Of a DNA stretch of 64,000 bases, positions 54,996-63,010 are shown piece by piece. The position numbers were made by a program, and so were the translations under genes. The DNA is from Leptothrix ochracea. GTDB lineage: Bacteria > Pseudomonadota > Gammaproteobacteria > Burkholderiales > Burkholderiaceae_C. The first letter of the stretch is position 1. Every line of letters starts with the position of its first letter. A model generated the notes under the pieces. The model had not been told where the DNA came from, ran no database searches, and saw nothing but the letters and a program-made list of their open reading frames with translations. The stretch covers positions 19,529 through 83,528 of the forward strand of contig NZ_JBFPHB010000013.1 in assembly GCF_041083635.1 (NCBI RefSeq), in the 5' to 3' direction.

Positions 54996-55169
54996 TCAGT
55001 GGGTGGTGGCTGTCACCACCGAGACACTGCCCGGCATGCCCACACCTTTGACGGTGCTGGTGTTCGTCGTCCCGCCTCCAGAGGAAGAACCACCCGAAGA
55101 CCCGCCGCCACAAGCTGCAAGCCACGGCAACCCCATCGCCAAAACCCAAACGATCAGCAATTTGTTCAT
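54996..55169 (-). CDS. 57-aa lipoprotein with Gly/Ser tether
   Basis: GAAGGAG SD, lipobox LAA-C20, GGGSSGGSSSGGG linker, C-terminal GVGMPGSVSVVTA. Confidence 0.85.
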   Translation of the reverse strand: MNKLLIVWVLAMGLPWLAACGGGSSGGSSSGGGTTNTSTVKGVGMPGSVSVVTATTH

Positions 55170-55436
55170 GGTGACTCCTTCAGAAAACGTCAAGGCCACA
55201 CTCACGGTCCCTTGTAGCAGCCTTGGCCTTTTTCAACGGAGTATCCGAGCCGACTTAGACTTGCATCAACAAGGCCCCGACATGGGACTTTTCAAGCCAC
55301 CACGGAAAGCGCACGCTTAACAGTTTTGGGGCCACTTTCACCCGCCTGTCCATGCACCACATCGAAAACGGGTCGATATCCTCCCTCATGAATCGCCTGG
55401 CCAGTCATGTCGACTTTCAACACGGACCCCACATGC

Positions 55437-56810
55437 TCAATCGGGCTTGCCTTCTAGGGTTTTCAAACGCCGATACAAGGTCCGCTCACTGACGCCTAAA
55501 CGCTGGGCCAGTTCGGCACGGCTACCGCGATGCGCCAAGACTTCAGCGCGCAAAAGATCGCGGCTGAGATCGTGCAAGGAGCGTGGCGGGACGGCTGCTT
55601 CGGCGGGTGGCACGGTGCTGGGCGAAGCGGGTGGGGGGCTCACCGCTTCACGGGCAGCGCGACTGAACTCAGGTGTCAGGGCTTCTTCAACGTGGTGCGG
55701 CTCCAGCACCGGACCATCACAGAGCAAGCTGGCGCGCTCAAGCAAGTTGCGCAATTCGCGCACATTGCCGGGAAAATCATAGGCCGACAGCAGTTCGAGC
55801 GTGGCGGGAGCCAGCGTCACCGGCCCATCGCGCCGCAGGCGTGCCAGCAATGCGGGGACCAGCAGGGCCAGATCCTCACGACGTTCACGCAGCGGCGGCA
55901 AGTGGATCGGAAAGGTACTGAGCCGGAAATAGAGATCGGAGCGAAACAGATTCTGCGAAGCCATGTCGCGCAGATCACGATGCGTGGCGGAGATGACCCG
56001 AATATCGGCGTGACGCCACTCCGTCGAACCAACCCGGCGGTACGTGCCGGATTCAAGCAAGCGCAGCAACTTGACCTGCATCGGCAACGGAATCTCGCCG
56101 ACTTCGTCGAGAAACAGCGTGCCCCCGCTCGCTGATTCCACCAGACCTTGCTTTTGATGGGTGGCCCCGGTGAAGGAGCCTCGCTCGTGACCGAAAAGCT
56201 CGCTCTCAAACAAATGTTCGGGCAAGCTGGTGCAGTCCAGCACCACCAGCGGCTTGTGTGCCCGGCGGCTGGCGGCATGCACCGCACGCGCCACCAATTC
56301 TTTGCCCGTGCCCGACTCCCCTTGGAGCAACACCGTGGCCTCGCTCGGGGCCACGCGGGCCACCTTTTGCAACATGCGCTGGAAAGCCGGGGCACGCCCC
56401 ACCAGCTCCCATCCAGCTGCCGCTGCGGTCGCTGACGACACGGTGCGCACGGCTTCCATTTTTTCGACAAAGTACGCCATCTCGCCTTCGGCATTGCGCA
56501 AGGGCAACAACTCAATGTTGACGTAGGCCTCGCCCTTGGGCGTGTGGTGCAAATGCAAGACGCGCTCACGCTGTCCCGAACTACGGGCCTTGGCCAAAGG
56601 GCAACATTCACCCGCTTGATCGCAGGGCACGCTGAAGTGGTGCGAAACCTCGTAGCACGTCCGGCCCACCACACTGCCTTCGGGACTGAACTGCTTGCGA
56701 TACGCCGCGTTGGCCGCAAGGATGCGGTACTGGCGATCAAACAAGATATGCGGCTCGGCGAGCCCTTCTAGGTATGACACCAACTCGGGCAACAACTTCA
56801 CGCCAGGCAT
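55437..56810 (-). CDS. FisR-type PAS / sigma54 AAA+ / Fis-HTH activator
   Basis: [40 protein letters not shown]; PAS Cys52/63/69/70. Confidence 0.9.
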   Translation of the reverse strand: MPGVKLLPELVSYLEGLAEPHILFDRQYRILAANAAYRKQFSPEGSVVGRTCYEVSHHFSVPCDQAGECCPLAKARSSGQRERVLHLHHTPKGEAYVNIELLPLRNAEGEMAYFVEKMEAVRTVSSATAAAAGWELVGRAPAFQRMLQKVARVAPSEATVLLQGESGTGKELVARAVHAASRRAHKPLVVLDCTSLPEHLFESELFGHERGSFTGATHQKQGLVESASGGTLFLDEVGEIPLPMQVKLLRLLESGTYRRVGSTEWRHADIRVISATHRDLRDMASQNLFRSDLYFRLSTFPIHLPPLRERREDLALLVPALLARLRRDGPVTLAPATLELLSAYDFPGNVRELRNLLERASLLCDGPVLEPHHVEEALTPEFSRAAREAVSPPPASPSTVPPAEAAVPPRSLHDLSRDLLRAEVLAHRGSRAELAQRLGVSERTLYRRLKTLEGKPD

Positions 56811-56840
56811 CTGACACCTCTTTTCATGGGTCGCCGATTG

Positions 56841-56875
56841 TGTCAGAGCACTGCCATAACTGTCAGTGAGCGTCA
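56841..56875 (+). promoter_or_regulatory. Candidate activator enhancer (phased TGYCA repeats)
   Basis: TGTCA 56841, TGCCA 56852, TGTCA 56861, CGTCA 56871. Confidence 0.6.
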
Positions 56876-56993
56876 GTAAAGCCATCCCCTGGATGCAACA
56901 AATCGCCCCCCTCGGGGGGGCTCCTTGAGGCTTAAACGTGCATAAATGCCTCGACGAAGGGGCGACGCCCCACTTTTGGACCTCATACACGGC

Positions 56994-57008
56994 TGGCATG
57001 GTTCTTGG
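56994..57008 (+). promoter_or_regulatory. sigma54-like promoter of the cyd operon
   Basis: TGGCATG-GTTC-TTGG: good -24 box, correct spacing, -12 C replaced by G. Confidence 0.6.
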
Positions 57009-57040
57009 AATACATAGGGTATTCACGCAAAGCATCTGCC

Positions 57041-57190
57041 ATGTCACCCAACCTCTCGCACGACCCGCACCACGCCCCAAAGCCAGTGCGCCAACGCCTC
57101 AGCCTATCCCTGAGCAGCGAACTAACCCTGATCATCCTCATCAAGCTCGTCGCACTCTGGATGCTTTGGGCCCTGACAAGGAGTGCATGA
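57041..57190 (+). CDS. CydP-like small membrane protein (49 aa)
   Basis: Single TM ELTLIILIKLVALWMLW ending 1 nt before the cydA ATG. Confidence 0.65.
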   Translation: MSPNLSHDPHHAPKPVRQRLSLSLSSELTLIILIKLVALWMLWALTRSA

Positions 57191-57191
57191 C

Positions 57192-58739
57192 ATGTCTGAC
57201 CAACTTGTGGATGTGTCACGGCTGCAATTCGCCGTCACCGCGCTTTATCACTTCCTGTTTGTGCCCTTGACCATCGGCATGACATGGATGCTGGTCATCA
57301 TGGAAAGCGTTTACGTCATGACCGGCCAAGTGGTTTGGAAGGACATGACGCGCTTTTGGGGCAAGTTGTTCGGCATCAACTTCGCCTTGGGCGTGACCAC
57401 CGGCATCACGATGGAGTTTCAGTTCGGCACCAACTGGGCTTACTACTCGCACTATGTGGGTGATGTCTTCGGCGCACCGCTGGCCATCGAAGGGCTGATG
57501 GCCTTCTTCCTCGAATCGACTTTCATCGGTCTGTTTTTCTTCGGCTGGGACCGTCTCGCGCGCACCCAACATTTGTTGGTGACCATCCTGATGGCGCTGG
57601 GCACCAATCTGTCCGCGCTGTGGATTCTGATCGCCAATGGCTGGATGCAAAACCCGGTCGGGGCTGAGTTCAGCTGGCAGACCATGCGCATGGAAATGGT
57701 CGATTTCTGGGCCGTGCTCTTCAACCCGGATGCTCAAGCGAAGTTTGTGCACACCGTCTCGGCCGGCTACGTGACCGGTGCGATGTTCGTGCTCTCGATC
57801 TCGTCGTGGTACTTGCTCAAAGGCCAAGACGTGGCCTTTGCCCGACGCAGCTTCCGCGTGGCCTCCGCCTTCGGTCTGGCCTCGGTGTGCTCGGTGATCG
57901 TGCTGGGCGATGAGTCCGGCTACACCGTGGGCGAAGCCCAGCAAACCAAGATGGCCGCGATCGAAGCCATGTGGGACACCGAACCCGCGCCAGCAGCTTT
58001 CAACCTGATCGCTTGGCCCAACGAGGCCGAGATGAAAAACGACTGGGCGATCGAAATTCCGTGGGTGATGGGGCTGATCGGCACGCGCTCCATCCACAAG
58101 GAAATTCCTGGCATCAAAGAACTGATCGCCCGCAACCGCACCCGCATCGTCTCGGGCATCGAAGCCGTCAAGGCACTGGACACGCTGCGCCACGATCGCA
58201 GCCACCGAGAAGCGGAGTCCGTCCTCAAGCAGCATCAAGCCAATCTCGGCTTCGGTTTGCTGATGCGCAAATATGTCAAGTCGATGGCGGAGATCACCCC
58301 CGCGCTGATCGACCAAGCGGCCCGCGACACCATCCCCAAGGTCACACCGATGTTCTGGGGCTTCCGTGCCATGGTCGGTTTGGGCATGGGCATGCTGCTG
58401 CTTTTTGCGACCGCGTTCTGGTCCACGCTCAAGGTGCGCTGCGGTGAACAACGCTGGTTGCTGCGCTGGGCCCTGCTGATGCTGCCCGCCCCTTGGCTGG
58501 CGTGTGAGTTGGGCTGGTTTGTGGCGGAGTATGGCCGCCAACCGTGGACGATCTACGGCGTGCTGCCCACGCACCTTTCGGTGTCAAGCATCAGTGTCGA
58601 GAGCGTCTATCGCTCTTTGGCGGGCTTTGTCGCCTTCTACACGGTGCTGCTGATCATCGAAATGGGTTTGATGATTCGCTTTGCTCGCCTCGGTCCCGGC
58701 AGTCTCGGTACCGGCCGCTACGCCAACGAAACCCATTGA
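57192..58739 (+). CDS. cydA: Cytochrome bd ubiquinol oxidase subunit I (long Q-loop)
   Basis: YHFLFVP, EFQFGTNW, KFVHT, KMAAIE, FRAMVG, GWFVAEYGRQPW. Confidence 0.97.
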   Translation: MSDQLVDVSRLQFAVTALYHFLFVPLTIGMTWMLVIMESVYVMTGQVVWKDMTRFWGKLFGINFALGVTTGITMEFQFGTNWAYYSHYVGDVFGAPLAIEGLMAFFLESTFIGLFFFGWDRLARTQHLLVTILMALGTNLSALWILIANGWMQNPVGAEFSWQTMRMEMVDFWAVLFNPDAQAKFVHTVSAGYVTGAMFVLSISSWYLLKGQDVAFARRSFRVASAFGLASVCSVIVLGDESGYTVGEAQQTKMAAIEAMWDTEPAPAAFNLIAWPNEAEMKNDWAIEIPWVMGLIGTRSIHKEIPGIKELIARNRTRIVSGIEAVKALDTLRHDRSHREAESVLKQHQANLGFGLLMRKYVKSMAEITPALIDQAARDTIPKVTPMFWGFRAMVGLGMGMLLLFATAFWSTLKVRCGEQRWLLRWALLMLPAPWLACELGWFVAEYGRQPWTIYGVLPTHLSVSSISVESVYRSLAGFVAFYTVLLIIEMGLMIRFARLGPGSLGTGRYANETH

Positions 58740-58752
58740 AGAAAGAGTCACC

Positions 58753-59892
58753 ATGCTTTTCGATTACGAAACCCTCAAGGTGATCTGGTGGCTGCTGGTG
58801 GGCCTGCTGCTGGTCGGTTTTGCCATCATGGACGGCCACGATATGGGCGTGGGCGCGCTGCTGCCCTTTGTTGGCCAAGGCGACGAGGAACGTCGTGTGG
58901 TCATCAACACCGTCGGCCCGCACTGGGACGGCAACCAAGTCTGGTTCATCACCGCCGGTGGCGCGCTCTTTGCCGCTTGGCCGCTGGTCTACGCCACCGC
59001 TTTTTCTGGTTTTTACTGGGCCATGCTGTCGGTCCTGTGGGCGCTGTTTTTGCGCCCCGTCGGCTTCGACTACCGCAGCAAGATCCATCACCCGCTCTGG
59101 CGTCAAACCTGGGACTGGGGTCTGTTCATCGGCGGGATCGTGCCCCCGCTGGTGTTTGGCATCGCCTTCGGCAACTTGCTGCAAGGGGTGCCCTTTTATT
59201 TCGATGACTTGCTGGTGTCGCACTACACCGGCAGCTTTGCCGACATGCTCAACCCCTTTGCCCTGCTGAGCGGCGGGGTGGCCTCGGCCATGATCATCCA
59301 GCATGGCGGCGTGTATTTGGCCCACCGCACCGAAGGTGATGTGCAGCGCCGATCTATGCGTGCAGCAAGCGTGGCGGGTGTGCTCTGTCTGATTTTGTTC
59401 GCAGGGGCCGGTTTGTGGCTGGAACGGATCCCCGGCTATGTGATCACGTCGGTGGTGGATACCGCTGCCCTGCCCGATCCGCTGAATAAAACGGTGATCC
59501 AGGTCGATGGGGCTTGGTTGAGCAACTTCCTGCACTGGCCGTGGCTGTGGCTGCTGCCCACCTTGACGTTTGCCGGCACAGGCCTTGCCATCGTGCTCGG
59601 CCAAGGGGGCCGCACAGGGTGGGCTTTTGTGGCCTCGTCGCTGTCCATGGCCGGCATCATCGGCACGGCCGGGGCCGCAATGTTCCCCTTTGTCATGCCC
59701 TCATCCACGCATCCGAACGCCAGCTTGACGGCGTGGGACAGTGTTTCCAGCCCGCTCACCCTCAGCATCATGCTGGTGGCCGCGGCTATTTTTATCCCGC
59801 TCATCGTCGTCTACACCAGTTGGGCGTATCGGGTGATGCGGGGCAAGGTCACGGTGGACCATATCCGCCGCAACGCTCACAGCGCCTATTGA
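58753..59892 (+). CDS. cydB: Cytochrome bd oxidase subunit II
   Basis: IMDGHDMG, GPHWDGNQVW, LRPVGFDYRSK, YTSWAY. Confidence 0.97.
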   Translation: MLFDYETLKVIWWLLVGLLLVGFAIMDGHDMGVGALLPFVGQGDEERRVVINTVGPHWDGNQVWFITAGGALFAAWPLVYATAFSGFYWAMLSVLWALFLRPVGFDYRSKIHHPLWRQTWDWGLFIGGIVPPLVFGIAFGNLLQGVPFYFDDLLVSHYTGSFADMLNPFALLSGGVASAMIIQHGGVYLAHRTEGDVQRRSMRAASVAGVLCLILFAGAGLWLERIPGYVITSVVDTAALPDPLNKTVIQVDGAWLSNFLHWPWLWLLPTLTFAGTGLAIVLGQGGRTGWAFVASSLSMAGIIGTAGAAMFPFVMPSSTHPNASLTAWDSVSSPLTLSIMLVAAAIFIPLIVVYTSWAYRVMRGKVTVDHIRRNAHSAY

Positions 59893-59917
59893 TTTATGGG
59901 GATACGGAGGGACTCTT

Positions 59918-59962
59918 ATGCAAAACACCCCTACGGTTTACGTTGATATCGACAAGCTTTGA
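59918..59962 (+). CDS. Possible 14-aa small ORF MQNTPTVYVDIDKL
   Basis: GGAGG 7 nt upstream of ATG in the 90-bp cydB-cydX gap. Confidence 0.35.
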   Translation: MQNTPTVYVDIDKL

Positions 59963-59982
59963 CGGTTCAAGAGGAGATTTTC

Positions 59983-60129
59983 ATGTGGTATTTCACCTGG
60001 ATACTGGGCGTCGGCTTTGCCGTCTTGCTGGCCATTCTCAACGCCATGTGGGGCGAACACGCACTGGCACGGAGCGAGAGTCATCGTCCCGATCCAGCAT
60101 CCGCTGACACGGACGGATCACACCCTTGA
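59983..60129 (+). CDS. cydX: Cytochrome bd small subunit CydX (48 aa)
   Basis: MWYFTWILG..AILNAMWGE; GAGGAG SD; too short for the ORF track. Confidence 0.93.
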   Translation: MWYFTWILGVGFAVLLAILNAMWGEHALARSESHRPDPASADTDGSHP

Positions 60130-60362
60130 ATCTGCTGGTCCTTGGGGGTGCGTGTGCCATCGCGCTGGTGGTCACGATTTACCCCCCTATGCTTGTGCAA
60201 AGCGACGGCCACGTGGATCATGTGCGCCTCGCTTTACTGATGTTGGCCATGAGCACCGGTTTTATCCGGGGCGTCGGCTATATCCCGAGCCACCGCTTCT
60301 GGCGGTGGCTTTTTTCGACACCGACTGCTTTGGCATGGCTGTTGCTGGCAGTCTGGTGGTGA
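60126..60362 (+). CDS. ybgE: cyd operon YbgE-family membrane protein
   Basis: GFIRGVGYIP..FWRWLFS; TTG start overlaps cydX stop. Confidence 0.8.
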   Translation: MNLLVLGGACAIALVVTIYPPMLVQSDGHVDHVRLALLMLAMSTGFIRGVGYIPSHRFWRWLFSTPTALAWLLLAVWW

Positions 60363-60396
60363 TTCCTTGACGGGCCTTGCCCTGAACATCCACACC

Positions 60397-61035
60397 ATGC
60401 CTGACGTCTACTTTCGCCAACTCTATGACGCTCATCACGGGGCCCTGACCTATGTCTTGGGCGAGACCGAACAAGGTGAGGCCATCGTGATTGATCCCTT
60501 GGCGCAGGACAGCGTGCTGCTCGGCGCCATGTTGCAGGAACAAGGTTTGCGTCTGCGCTGGGTCCTGCACACGCATTTGCACCACGGCTCAGAACGCCAA
60601 GGCCTCAAGGCAGGTCATGTCTACAGCCGACAAATCACCCGAGGCCTTCCGACAGCCCACATCCCCAAAGAAACCCGGCTGGTCGATCACAACGAGCTGA
60701 TTGCTTTTGGTCAAGAGCGCCTGCGTGTCATTGCGACACCCGGTCACACACCCAGTTCCATCAGTTTTCTGTGGCGGGACCGCTTGTTTTGTGGGGACGC
60801 GCTGCACTTGGGCGGCTGCCCACCATGCAATGATCCCAGCAGCGATGCTGGGGCCATGTATGACAGCGTGACCACACACCTGCTCACGCTGCCCGGTGAA
60901 ACGCTGGTGTTTCCAGGACACGATCTGGCGGGCCGTAGCGTCTCCACCATCGCCGAGGAGCGTCGCCGCAACAAAGCCTTTTCAGGCCAGTCGCGGGACG
61001 CCTTCATGAGCCTCAGTCCAGCATTTCCGGCTTAG
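60397..61035 (+). CDS. ETHE1-type persulfide dioxygenase-like MBL protein with degenerate motifs
   Basis: FRQLYD, IDPL, TPGHT, FCGDAL, FPGHD, STIAEE; HxHxDH reads HLHHGS. Confidence 0.8.
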   Translation: MPDVYFRQLYDAHHGALTYVLGETEQGEAIVIDPLAQDSVLLGAMLQEQGLRLRWVLHTHLHHGSERQGLKAGHVYSRQITRGLPTAHIPKETRLVDHNELIAFGQERLRVIATPGHTPSSISFLWRDRLFCGDALHLGGCPPCNDPSSDAGAMYDSVTTHLLTLPGETLVFPGHDLAGRSVSTIAEERRRNKAFSGQSRDAFMSLSPAFPA

Positions 61036-62680
61036 CCATCCACTCACGGCCCTTGAGCATCGCCTCCCAATACAAGGGCGGCATGATCCGTTCCTTGAGC
61101 CACCAAGCCAGCCGTGAGGGGCGAGTGCCGTCGAGCAACCAACTCGGGAAGCTCGGGGCAACCTTGCCACCATAGGTGAACTCAGCCAACACGATCTTGC
61201 CGCGCTCAACGGTCAACGGGCAAGAGCCGTAGCCATCGTAGCTTGCCGAAACTTTGCGACCCTCACGGTCAGCAAGCAGGTTCTCAGCCACGACCGGAGC
61301 TTGCTTACGCGCCGCCGCCGCCGTCTTGGCGTTGGGCGTTGAGCTCACGTCGCCGAGCGCAAAGATGTTGTTGTAACGACGATGACGCAGCGTGGTTTGA
61401 TCCACCTCCACCCAGCCCGCAGCATCGGCCAAGGGACTGACGCGGATGAAGTCTGGGGCCTGCTGTGGCGGGCAGACGTGAATCATGTCGAAGCTGCGCT
61501 CCACCGTGTCCTTGGTGCCATCCGCCTTGGTGCGGGTGAACACCGCTTTACGACCCGGGCCGTCAATGGCGGTCAGGTTGTGCGTGAAGTTGAGGTCCAC
61601 GTTGTAGCGCTTGATGTATTCCATCAAGGCCGGTACGTAGTCGGCCACGCCGAACAACGCTGGCCCAGCGGTCATGAAGGAGATGTTGATGTCCTTCAAA
61701 CGGCCCTGACGCAGCCAGTGGTCACCGGAGAGATACATCGCCTTTTGCGGTGCACCCGCGCACTTGATCGGCATGGTCGGCTGGGTGAACAGCGCCTTGC
61801 CCGATTTCAACTCCTGCACCAACTTCCACGTGTAGGGCGCCAAGTCATAGCGATAGTTGGAGGTCACACCATTGCGACCCAACGTATCGATCAGCCCCTC
61901 GATGCCGTTCCAGTTCAGCTTGATCCCTGGGCAGACCACGAGATGCTTGTATTTGACGATCCGGCAGCCATCCAAAATCAAGGCATCTTGCTCAGGCTCG
62001 AACGCCGCCACCGCAGCCTTGATCCAATGCACGCCCCGGGGCAAAACCGCGCCCATCTGACGAACAGTTTGTTCTGCGGTGAACACGCCGCCACCCACCA
62101 AGGTCCAACCCGGCTGGTAGTAATGAACATCGGCCGGATCAATCACGGCGATATCCAAATGACGATCGCGCGCCAGCAAGCTCGCCGCCACAGCCGCCCC
62201 CGCAGCACCGCCCCCCACGATCACAATGTCGTGACGGGCATCAGCCACATCCACCGGCGTCTTGCCACCGTTGGCGATCCGGCGCACCACGCCATGCATC
62301 TTGAAACCAGCTTGACTGGAGCGTTCCAAAATTTCTGGCAAAGGCGTCCTGCCGGCTTGCGACAAGGCCCACAGCGTGACAGTACGGGTACCCGTGCGGC
62401 AATAACCGAGCGTGGGCTTGGGCAAGGAGTCGAAGACCTTGCCAAATTCGACGGCATTCTCATCGCTGACCTTGCCGGACTCCACCGGCAGGTACACGGC
62501 CACCATGCCCAGAGCTTCGGCAGCGCGACTGATTTCCTTGAACAGCGGCTGATCCCCAGCTTCCCCGTCAGGACGATTGCAAACCACCGAGCGAAAGCCC
62601 AGCTTGTTCAGTTCAGCAAGGTCAGCCGGCTGGATTTGCGCGGTGACTGATAGCTCAGGCGTAAGGGCCCGGATTTCCAT
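61013..62680 (-). CDS. sqr: DUF442 (rhodanese-like) fused to type II sulfide:quinone oxidoreductase
   Basis: C34 (VCNRPDGE), C94 (YCRTGTR); GGGAAG, HYYQPGWTLVGGG, KCAGAPQK, YGSCPL. Confidence 0.93.
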   Translation of the reverse strand: MEIRALTPELSVTAQIQPADLAELNKLGFRSVVCNRPDGEAGDQPLFKEISRAAEALGMVAVYLPVESGKVSDENAVEFGKVFDSLPKPTLGYCRTGTRTVTLWALSQAGRTPLPEILERSSQAGFKMHGVVRRIANGGKTPVDVADARHDIVIVGGGAAGAAVAASLLARDRHLDIAVIDPADVHYYQPGWTLVGGGVFTAEQTVRQMGAVLPRGVHWIKAAVAAFEPEQDALILDGCRIVKYKHLVVCPGIKLNWNGIEGLIDTLGRNGVTSNYRYDLAPYTWKLVQELKSGKALFTQPTMPIKCAGAPQKAMYLSGDHWLRQGRLKDINISFMTAGPALFGVADYVPALMEYIKRYNVDLNFTHNLTAIDGPGRKAVFTRTKADGTKDTVERSFDMIHVCPPQQAPDFIRVSPLADAAGWVEVDQTTLRHRRYNNIFALGDVSSTPNAKTAAAARKQAPVVAENLLADREGRKVSASYDGYGSCPLTVERGKIVLAEFTYGGKVAPSFPSWLLDGTRPSRLAWWLKERIMPPLYWEAMLKGREWMAKPEMLD

Positions 62681-62757
62681 GACTGATTTCCCTAAAGAAG
62701 AGTGGAGACGCAAGAGAGTGACGGGGTTGAAGCTAGATGACAACCTTCTGATCTAGC

Positions 62758-62772
62758 TCAAGATTCGTGCCA
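62758..62772 (-). promoter_or_regulatory. sigma54-like promoter of sqr
   Basis: Minus strand TGGCACG-AATC-TTGA: perfect -24 box, -12 C replaced by A. Confidence 0.7.
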
Positions 62773-62868
62773 ACATCGACGACACCATTAGGCTGCGATT
62801 TTCATCACACATTCAGATTAGGTGCGTATCAATCGTTGCAAACCTTTGCGCGGTTCGCCCCAAACCCC

Positions 62869-62923
62869 TGCCAGCCATGTCATATCACTGCCAGTCCTTG
62901 GCATGAAATGGCACAAATTGGCA
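62869..62923. promoter_or_regulatory. Candidate symmetric (3+3) enhancer array between sqr and the TDT gene
   Basis: TGCCA 62869, TGTCA 62878, TGCCA 62889, then TGGCA 62899, 62909, 62919. Confidence 0.65.
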
Positions 62924-63010
62924 GTCTCGCTGCACCGCCTGCCTGCGCTTGTTGGTTTCGAACAAGACCCCATACCGGCACGAGGGTACCGCAGAGGGTA
63001 TTCTTTCACC

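Noticed and set aside
54990-54998. Selenocysteine read-through at the in-frame TGA
   Set aside because: No evident SECIS-like hairpin or redox motif; the downstream part has its own SD and signal peptide
55261-55278. sigma54 promoter for the lipoprotein operon (GGGGCCTTGTTGATGCAA)
   Set aside because: Only the GG-N10-GC spacing fits; flanking consensus is poor and no phased repeats are nearby
56880-57040. FNR box upstream of cydA
   Set aside because: No TTGAT-N4-ATCAA match found
62827-62840. IHF site between the array and the sqr promoter
   Set aside because: TATCAA-TCG-TTG has a 3-nt spacer rather than the 4-nt consensus
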